A stretch of 64,000 nt of DNA from the human T2T-CHM13v2.0 reference genome, Homo sapiens: assembly GCF_009914755.1 (NCBI RefSeq), contig NC_060931.1; one strand, given 5' to 3'. The position numbers and the translations under genes were made by a program. Below, in pieces: positions 53,936 to 64,000 of the stretch. Below the pieces are notes generated by a model, which did no database searches, was not told the DNA's origin, and worked only from the letters and a program-made list of their open reading frames with translations. Each line of letters starts with the position of its first letter. Within the stretch, counting starts at the first letter, position 1.

Positions 53936-54835
53936 ATATAGCATATGAAATGTTCCTAATTTAAATGTCAGTTTTGAAAGTACAGCCAAAATCAGCAAAC
54001 AGATCAAAAAACAAAACATATCCCTTCCCCATGCAATCTGAAGTAAAGAGCAGAGAAAGGCAAATTACTATTTAGAAGTATAAAAAACAAAAAAAATACA
54101 GTAGCCCCTGGCGTCCAGGATCTGGACTGATACTTACAGCCAGGCTGTGCAATTCACAAAAATAATCTCACTGAATACCATCTTCAAATAAGTGTCATTC
54201 TGAGTCCATTATAAAGTGAAACAAAACAAGTCCAGTTCATAATTTTGTCTACGTCCTGACAAAAACAGAACAGTCATTGTGCCAACCACAAAATACCAAT
54301 CACCTCCCCTTTTTGGCTACAAGGATGATTGCTCACTATTCTTTAATAATCAGCTTTGTACTTATTCTAATCTTCTCTACCTATAAATAAAATGTGTTAA
54401 AATACCAGTTATGAAATTGCTCCACTTTCTCACAGCATCCAACATAGAGCAACTCTCCTCCACCACTCCACCACTGCTGCTTCCTTAAACCCTTCCCCAA
54501 ATCACTCAACCAAGCCCTCAAAATGCTATAAAAGATTCTTTCTAACACCTTACTGAGACACCTCATGATTACCCATTGTGATGGTTAATTTTATGCTTCA
54601 ACTTGGCTAGATGCCCAGTTACTCAGCCAAACACCAGTTTAGATATTGTTGTGAAGGTGTTTTTTTAAAGATATGATTAAAATTTAAATTAGTAGGCTTT
54701 GAGTAAAGCAGATTACTTGCTGTAATGTAGGTGAGCATCATTCCATGGTGTTTGTTCTTCCCATGGCAAGGTGTGGGAGGCCTAATGTGTTTAATCATAC
54801 AGTGTTTTTAGTGTCTTTTGTTGAAGAACATTGAT
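53936..54835 (+). mobile_element. ERV1-class solo LTR (MER34/MER39-like; family uncertain) interrupted by an MLT2 fragment
   Basis: ccccaaatcactcaaccaagccc..ctataa..tttctaacacc..tactgagac; resumes ccatggtgtttgttct. Confidence 0.55.
54577..54742 (+). mobile_element. MLT2 LTR 5' fragment
   Basis: tgtgatggttaattttatg..caacttggctag; ctttgagtaaagcagattac..taatgtaggtg. Confidence 0.88.
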
Positions 54836-56056
54836 ACCGTTCTTCCCTGTTTGTGTTCTTTCATGTAACCAAAAAGGGAATAAAAAGATACTCTGCATCT
54901 CCATTCAACAAAATAATCTGGGAAATAAGGAAATTTTTTTCTCTTCATTTTTAATTTACTCTTTCATATAAAGAGAATGCTGAATATTTGAAAGTAATAT
55001 ACAACTTGTGTTTTACACAATTATTAAAGACTTTAAACTTACTTGAAGCATCAAATCAATTAAAAATGTATCATTTTAAAGAAGGTTGTATGCTAAATAT
55101 GGGTGAATTTCTGTTCATAAACTACACATTATGTATCTTGATCTTGTCAAGCCTAATAAAAATACTGTTAAGCAGTTAAATAGTTAAAGCATACGAGCAA
55201 TGTTAAAAGTATCTCCCTGAGAATTACAGATTTCTCTTCAAGATCAGTGCTTCTTTCTCTTAAAACATCAGCAACATTACAGGAATTGCACATCTTGCTG
55301 AATTCTGTTTCATGTACTTCCTATGTCCTGGACATCATTTTTTTCCCCATTTATTTCTACTTCCTGTACACAGAATTTGGACAATTTGTAATTTTTCCAG
55401 TCATTCATTGCACTTTTAAAAATGTTATGAGAATCTTGAGTGTTAAGGCTTGTGACGAAAATCAATCCTAATGGGAAATTGGTGAGTTCATTTATAATCA
55501 GGAAACCATTAAGGAAATTATATGTTTCAAGAAATCCCATTTGGTCATACGTTAGTGACTAGGCCAGTAATTAAATCACCCTTTACGTAACTATCAGAAA
55601 AAATAACCACTTGCTTTCATATACTCATGGCCCACTGCCACCGTACCCCAGGCTATAATCTTATCAGCCCTTGCAAACAGATCAGGTCAGATATGATATA
55701 CATTTGGATGGAAACATTCCAAGAAAAACCCAGGTGTTACAGGAAGTGATATGGGTGATACAGTAGGTGGTGATCTTTCCTCTGAGTCATTTCTGGACCA
55801 ATTACCCAACATGAGGCAAGGGAACAGTGGTGTGTGATGGCCTGTCACAAAACCAAGTTCTCCGTGGTGCAGTTTCTTACAGTCAAATAAAACATTTTTA
55901 CAAACTGCCAATTTATGGTGTCTCTCAAACAAATTTTTACATAAAATACCTTGCATTTTTGTATATTCTTTACCTATCAAACAAGAATTATTAAACCGTT
56001 GTCAATTTAAATAATTTCAGCTCTGAATACTACTAAGGCTGTTGAAAGATCCTTAG

Positions 56057-56401
<345 letters not shown>

Positions 56402-58629
56402 TAACTAAATAGGAGATCATTAACATAAGTGGTAGCATTGGGACTTGCACCAGGTTTTCCAACATCTAATTCAGCTATGTTTTCTCACTGCTGCTTCTCC
56501 TCTATTTCACACTTTCTTCTTCAATCTTAACAATTTATTTCATTTTAATTCCAAACAGGTTATATCATAGTCCATTGGTTACTAAATAGCACACTATTAA
56601 GTTTTTCAACATAAAAGACTACTAGAATATTGCTTTTTTCCTTGTTTTTTCTTTGCATTTAATCAACCCATAACAAATTTAACCCAGACTTTTCGGGGTG
56701 AACTTTAGATTTTCAATAAAATCACCAATGATTTCCAATCATTATGAATTTCATAGAAAAAATATAGCTTTTAAAAATTAATCTTTGTAGCCTTACTTAT
56801 TGAATCATTATATTCTTTTAAGGAAAATTTGTAGTAAGTCAGCTTTAACATTGATAGTTTTATTAAGAAACAATAGGAATAGATTAAAAAGTTAAGCATT
56901 CTTGGCATTATATATAAAATGAAAACTTAACAGATATTAGGACAAGTTAGAAAATAATGTTAATACTAGTTGCTACTGATTTTTTTAATGTAAGGAAAAT
57001 ACTAAATTTCTCCTTTGTCATTTAAACTAGGAAGAAATGCTATTTCAGCCAACTTTAAAAATCCATTCAGTAATTGTTTACAAAAATCTGCCAGATAAAA
57101 GGATGGAAGTGATGCAATTTCTCATCATTAAAAGGCAAAAACTTCCTGTTATTTCAATATGATAGAAGCAAATAGATAATAGACTGACTAGATGAAAGCA
57201 TTTTTATCTACCCAACCTTTGAACTAGTCTGGTACACCCATATACCTGATCCATTAAGGCAGTCAAAAGCATTGGCACTTACAACAATTTATTTAGAAAT
57301 TACCCTGCCTCCAAGTACTTGTACCATTTCCCAATTCATTCCAACTCTAATTCAGTTTCTGCATATTTCCAAATTCCTGACTCAGTCATCTATGGCTCTG
57401 GGCCCCAGATTTGTGCTTTGGCAACATTTGTTGTTGTTTGTGAATCACAGCTATGTTCAGTGGTATGTGACTTGCCTCTCGGCACCCAGGAGGCATCAGC
57501 AAAAACACCTGTGGCCCAATAAACCACAATTTTTGGGTCCAGTAAATTGGTCAATACACAGCCCACACCAAAATATCACTGAATTTGGCTTTGTATATTT
57601 GGTCATTTGATAACCATTCTGCAAAACTGACCCAATTTTTACTGGTTAAAGAACAATATTGCAGGAAAGTAGAGGCAGACAGCTTTTTAAGTCCTTTAAA
57701 ATGATACAACTGGTTAATATAATGATGGCTACTAGATACAGAAAAAAATCTAGGTGTTTTAAATTTCAGATCCATAGCTATGCTGGATAACATTTTACCT
57801 TAAAATAATGACACATTTCAATCACAGCAGAAACATCGTAAATTGGGATACTAAATTCTACTGAAAAAAAGCCTATTTTGTGGATATTTTTTTCCTGAAG
57901 ATAGTATACTACTACTAGATTTTAATACAAATAACCAGCATGCTACTTTATCATCTTTTGTAGTGCCCACAAAAAATTTATTAATAAGAAGTTACATGTT
58001 TAATTTACTCATCTGTCCTAAGGATTAAATAAAAAGATAAGTTTAATTAAAATAAGAGATATGTAGAACTGGGCCTTATAGAATGTGGCATATTGCAATA
58101 GTTCTTAAATTATAAGCTAACTTGAACAGTTAAAAAACTGATTCAGCTTATCATTTTAATTAAAGTCTGTTAAAAGAACATGCTGAGTTTGTCTTCATAG
58201 CTATTGGAGAAATTCTGAGCATTTACCTAAGGATGACACCTACTCTGTATCATACATTACAATAGATTTTAAAGTACAAGACTAAACACACAGTCCTTGC
58301 TCTCCCCTATTGCTTATTCTACTGAAGAAGATATACAATTAATAACATTGCCAGAAGTTCCATGATAGCCATATGTTGACGGTACAATGACACTACAGAA
58401 GAGAAATACATACTCAATCCGAGGAGACCTTTCACGGTAGTGATATTGGGTCTGATTCTTGAAAGGTAAATAGTTAGGGAAGTAGAAAAGTGGGAAATAA
58501 ATTGTTAAGGTAAAGAAAATAACATGGTTTAAGGACAGATGCAAGGAAGCTTGGATTCTTTGGGAAAATATTAACAGTTAATTATGACCAGTGTTTAAAG
58601 TAGATGAAATTCTGCTGTGAAGTTTGGGT

Positions 58630-59279
58630 TGTGTGATGGCTTTATGCTGTATCAACTTAGCGAAGCTGGAATTACATTTTCTACAATTTATTTCCCTGAA
58701 TGGCTTTGGCAATTATTTGCTCCCAAGAGAAAGTTATGTGAGTTTGGAAAGGCTCAAAAGTGAAGCAGAAACCATGTTTATGCTTGAAAGGATAGTGTAG
58801 TTAAGATCAGGTGCTTCCAGCTCACACGGGCTGCTATGGATCTGCTGGCCTACTTTTTTGGCTTGAAGCAGCTATTTGGTTCACTGGTTCTGCAGTTCCC
58901 GATATAGTCCACCTTCAGTTTTTCAAGTGTGCATTTGGTTGCCAGCTTCTCCTTCAGGTCAACTGCAGAATTATTGGAGGCTTGGAGCCAATGAGGGACC
59001 AATGCAGGTGTCAGCTCATCCAGACAGGTTCTGATTAATCCATCCATGGAGGTCTCAGCTCATCCTCATGGGTTTCAGTTTGTCTTTTCTCTTCCCAAAT
59101 TTATATCCATCTTTCTTTCCTGGCTGGCTGCTCTGCTAACTTCAGATCCAGAACCAGATGCAGATGCAACAGACATATATGCACCTCTTAAGCAGTTCAT
59201 ACAATTTCATAACAGCAAATCCTATAATAAATACATTATTCTGTTGGTTCTGCTTTTCTGACAGAAACCTGATGATACA
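58630..59279 (+). mobile_element. MLT2 (E/F-like) solo LTR
   Basis: tatgctgtatcaacttagcgaagctggaa start; aatcctataataaat..ggttctgcttttctg..cctgatgataca end. Confidence 0.72.
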
Positions 59280-59369
59280 GGTGGAATCCAGAAAGTGATC
59301 AGAAGCTCTTGAAATAAATTAAGTGGTGAAGAAACATGATCAGATATTCAGGTTTTAAAAACTATTCTA

Positions 59370-59798
<429 letters not shown>

Positions 59799-62219
59799 TT
59801 ATAATTTGTTGTAAAAGACATAGAGCCTGGGAAAAAGTACAAGTAAAAATGTAATAGAATGGAGAAAATGGATTCAGAAAATAGTCAAGAAATTAAGTTG
59901 TCAGAATTGGTAACTGGCTCTGATGAGTGCAGAGGAATAATAACTTCGTATTACCGAGATGTGGTGTGGAGGCATGGTCAGATCTGAAAATGTGTTTTCA
60001 ACATGGGGAGTTGAATGTGGGACCACTGCACTTGATTGTCAACCGGAGATTTTCAGTACAAATTTAGCTATATGAGTTTGAAATTCAAGAGCGAGATCTG
60101 AATTGGAGTTAATGTACGAGGAATGGAAAAGAGAAGCGTGCTTAAAAGAAAAGCTGGTAATACTTAAGGAAAGAATGTCATTGCAAGAGGGGTGAGAGAT
60201 GGTAAAAAAAAAGAAAAAAAGGGTGAAGATCTCTGGAGGAAAGCACATTTTTATTTTAAGAGAAATAAGAATAAGATGAAAGGAAGAAGGGTATTCACCC
60301 TAACATCGACCTTACAAAGGCATACTTCTGAGGCTCTCCATTGTTTTTATCTTATAGATATTGAGTAATAGGATTGTATGATGTCTATATCTATAGACTC
60401 TGGACCTAATGCATGGCTCTGCCACATGTTCGTGATGTGATCATGGATTCTCAAAATATCAGCTTCTTTAAATGTTAATGAGATAAAAGTAGTATTGGAT
60501 TCATAAAAATGTTAAGATGATTAATAAATAAATACAGAAGAAGCGCTCAACAAATGGTTATGTCATTTATTGCTTCATTTATTACAAATGATAATAATTA
60601 CAGCTGCATCACTATGTAACAACACAATTGACATTGATGATTTTGCCATATTTTGATAAATAAACCATGTACTCAGCACTCAAAACTAGAAAAGGTATAG
60701 ATTATCTCCATCCCATTAGTGAAAAAACATACTTTGTATGCCTTAGTCTATAGGTCTAAAACCATTAATTTAATTGTAAATAAACTTAAAAACTACCATT
60801 AACATTTTAAAATGTCTGTTTATTATTATTTATAAAAGTTAAATGTACTAATTATAATAAAAACATAAATTATATGTATATATGTATATACATGATATAT
60901 AAACAATATTTATTTGTCTTATATTTTGTCTAACTGCTCCTATTTCTAATATTTTCAAGGGTCACATATTTCTTTTCTATATAATTATTATGAAGTACTT
61001 GAAATTTAAATATTTTATATTTAATATATTTTCTGTCAAAATTGAGACATAAAAATGAAATGATTATATTGTCAATAAATATTTAGCATTAATACATAAA
61101 GTGGGATATTTCACCATGATTTAATGGAGTTTGAAATATTTTTTTACAACTATATCTATACTAGATCATGAATAAATATTGGAGAGACCTTTGTTATCTA
61201 GAAGAGCAGCTATATCTTCCATTAAAAAGAATGAGAAGCACATTTGTAAATTCTTTTCACCTTGCCAGATCTCAGTGCCAAACAGCTAGATATGTTTGGT
61301 AATAAAGCTCCACATGGAAGAAAAAGAAAGTACATATTTGGAAATTGATTAGAAGAAAGTTCAATTGCTCTATAGTTTGATAAAAATGCAAATGTTGAGA
61401 CTGTGCTCATGGAATTTTTTCCTTCTAAAACATATCAAGAAAAATTTTTCCCTGAAAATGGATTTATTGTAGCCATTTTTAAGCTAAATAACTCCACATA
61501 GCATTGTTAGTTTCAGAAGAAGCAGACATTCTTAAGAAACTGAAATTTCAATCCTAGATTTTATAAATAAATAAAATGATTAGCAACGTGTTGAGAATAG
61601 TAAAGAATTTTTTCTCTAGATATATTTTACATATTATTAGTAAATGGTTTCATTATTTATTTAACTATATTTTTGTTTTGAGCTTAGATTATAATTGTGT
61701 GAAATTTCACACATTTCTGTGTGTGTGTGTATATATATATATATATTTTTTTTTTTTTCAACATAAAGAAAGTTTATAGAAGATGACACTGCTGAGACTC
61801 AAAAAATCTATGTGACTCAGCCAAGGTGAAAAAGTGACAGAGTCAAAACTAATACTCAAACTTTCATAGGTATTTGTTAACATAAAACTGTAAGAAACCA
61901 ACACTAAATAGCAGAGCTTCCTCTGATCTTTAAACATTGAAGGGGAACAAGCTTAATTTATATTTCCTACACTAATTCCCAGAAGTAGCAGTGAAGTAGG
62001 AAATCTCACCAGGGCCCCAACACTACTCTGCCACATATTTATGCTTCATTGGTCACTACCTTTTTCACATTTTATCAGTCTTCTCAACTAAGTTCAAATA
62101 CTTCCAGCCGAAAACAAAGCCAACAAATCAACTAATCACATAACCAGATAAAACTCACATTAAAAAATAAAAAAGCAAAAAAAAAAAAAACTAAAAACAA
62201 GCAAACCTTTTCATTTTAC

Positions 62220-62800
62220 ATTCTCCTTTAGCCATTGCTGTCTCTCTCCTTTTTTATCACAACACTTCAAACTTATCTCTTCATTTCCTTGTCTGCCATT
62301 TACTCTCAAAACAAAAGTGTTCCCTGCCCCCATTATTCTAGTTAAATATCTTTAACAAGATTGCCATTGCACACCCATCGGACTTTTAAATATATTCTTA
62401 TCTAACTAGAACCCATAACATCATTTGATGTTTTTGATCTTCTCTCACCTCTCCTACTTGAATTCTATTAAAGCACACACTACTAGTTTTCTTTTGGTAA
62501 CCCATGTTTCTTTATCTGTTTGGAAATGCTCACATCACTGTCATTTTCAGGCCTTCTTCCTCTTCAACTATATTCATGGATTGAGCAATCTCACAAATTG
62601 TATGACATTAATTTTCACTCATTTTCAAATGGCTGTCTCAACCCCAACACAACCAAAAATCTAACATATTCCACTTGGATATTTTGTAAACTAGCATCGC
62701 CAAATTTGAACATGTCCTAACTCATAGAACTGTTCTTCCTTGTGTACCACAGAGCCTAGAGTACAGAACACATGTAATAAATTGTTGTGTGAAGTCATGA
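62220..62800 (+). mobile_element. Degenerate L2
   Basis: Pyrimidine-rich L2-like sequence (ccacttggatattttg..caaatttgaacatgtcc; cacagagcctagagtacag..taataaatt). Confidence 0.55.
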
Positions 62801-64000
62801 AAATGAGTTCATATAACCATGCTTCACTAATTATAAAATTAATTCCCATTTCACCAAATCCCGGTGAAAAGCTGAATAACTTTTTCCATTTAAGTATGAT
62901 TTTCATGTCTATGAATTAAAAGTTGCATAAATATGACAGAGAAAAGTTGAATAATTATGAAAGAGAAGAATTTTAAATAACAGCTAAGGCTTAACATGAA
63001 TTAAAGTAAGTAAAAAGAAAAGTTTGGGAATATACTCTTGGTTAATTTCTTTATATTTGTTAAGATGTAAGAAGTGAGGTCACTTTAGAACTAAGTATAA
63101 GTTCAGTTATGAACTAAACAGTAACATTTTCAAATAATTCTACAGTGTTTAATAAACATCTTTCATTGCTGATTCTCTAAGTAATTTTATACCTTAGATA
63201 TAGTAAGTATTTAGGAAAATATTTGGATTCTCTGTTCTTATTTATTTGAATATACAACTGTACTTGATAACTTCACCAGTTCAATTTTGAAAGAGGAGTT
63301 TTGGCTCCTGCAACAGTTGCTATATTGTCAAATATTGAATTTACAATTTGTATTGCATACCACTTAATGCATTCTTAAGTAACTCAATCCAAAATAAATA
63401 TTAAGCATACAAATTTTAAAGATTTAAGATTTCCGTTACTATAATACCCAAAGCCAGGAAGAAATTTTGCCAAAGCCATTACATAATCTATTATGTATTA
63501 TTTATATTGCATTGAGTAGTGTAAGGGAAAATAAGCATTTATTCCACAGTTAACCTATAGAATTAAAATGATTATGAATGCAACAATGAATACGGGAATG
63601 TAAGAGTGAAATATTGTGGACATAGATGAAGAACAAATAATGTGAAGAAATTATTTTTCTAAAACAAAATATCAGAGTTTATTAATTAATATGCTTATCT
63701 TAGTCAAGAGCTGGACTATTGAAAATTCAATTTAAAAATTGATCTATACTATCATAATCAGAAATATTATATTTAGAAATGCCAATTATATCATCTACAG
63801 GACTTAAGCTACAGAGGAATACATCATTTAAGAAAATGTCAGATTGAACACTTTCTCTAAAGTTTAAAACAATTTAGATTACTATGGTCAACATGGTCAG
63901 GTGGCAATTTTAGTATTTTAAAAATTGGAAAAAATAATAAAATATTTGAACACAAATAATTTACAAAGTAACCACTGGATAATATTTGCAGGTATTGGCA

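Overview
AT-rich primate genomic DNA, most likely human or ape because young AluY copies are present. It behaves like a gene desert or a very large intron. I can support no protein-coding gene. The longer ORFs come from repeats (THE1 internal region, L1, Alu, microsatellites) or are short AT-rich chance frames. A large part of the window is transposon-derived. The main block is a ~10 kb nested cluster at 7.9-17.7 kb: old L1M, Tigger3b, MLT2, MSTB, and an internally deleted L1MA that contains a full-length THE1B provirus and an Alu. Elsewhere there are Alus, MIRs, L2s, MLT LTRs, Tigger3a and a complete MADE1. I found no convincing new biological system. The best non-repeat signals are TALE/HOX (PBX-MEIS-HOX) motif clusters at ~38.2, ~46.0 and ~49.9 kb, a ~117-nt fold-back hairpin at 29.7 kb, two micro-exon candidates, a THE1B 3' LTR that keeps a DUX4-type site and TATA box, and a template-switch inversion scar in Tigger3b. 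Repeat subfamily names come from remembered consensus sequences, and most boundaries are approximate.
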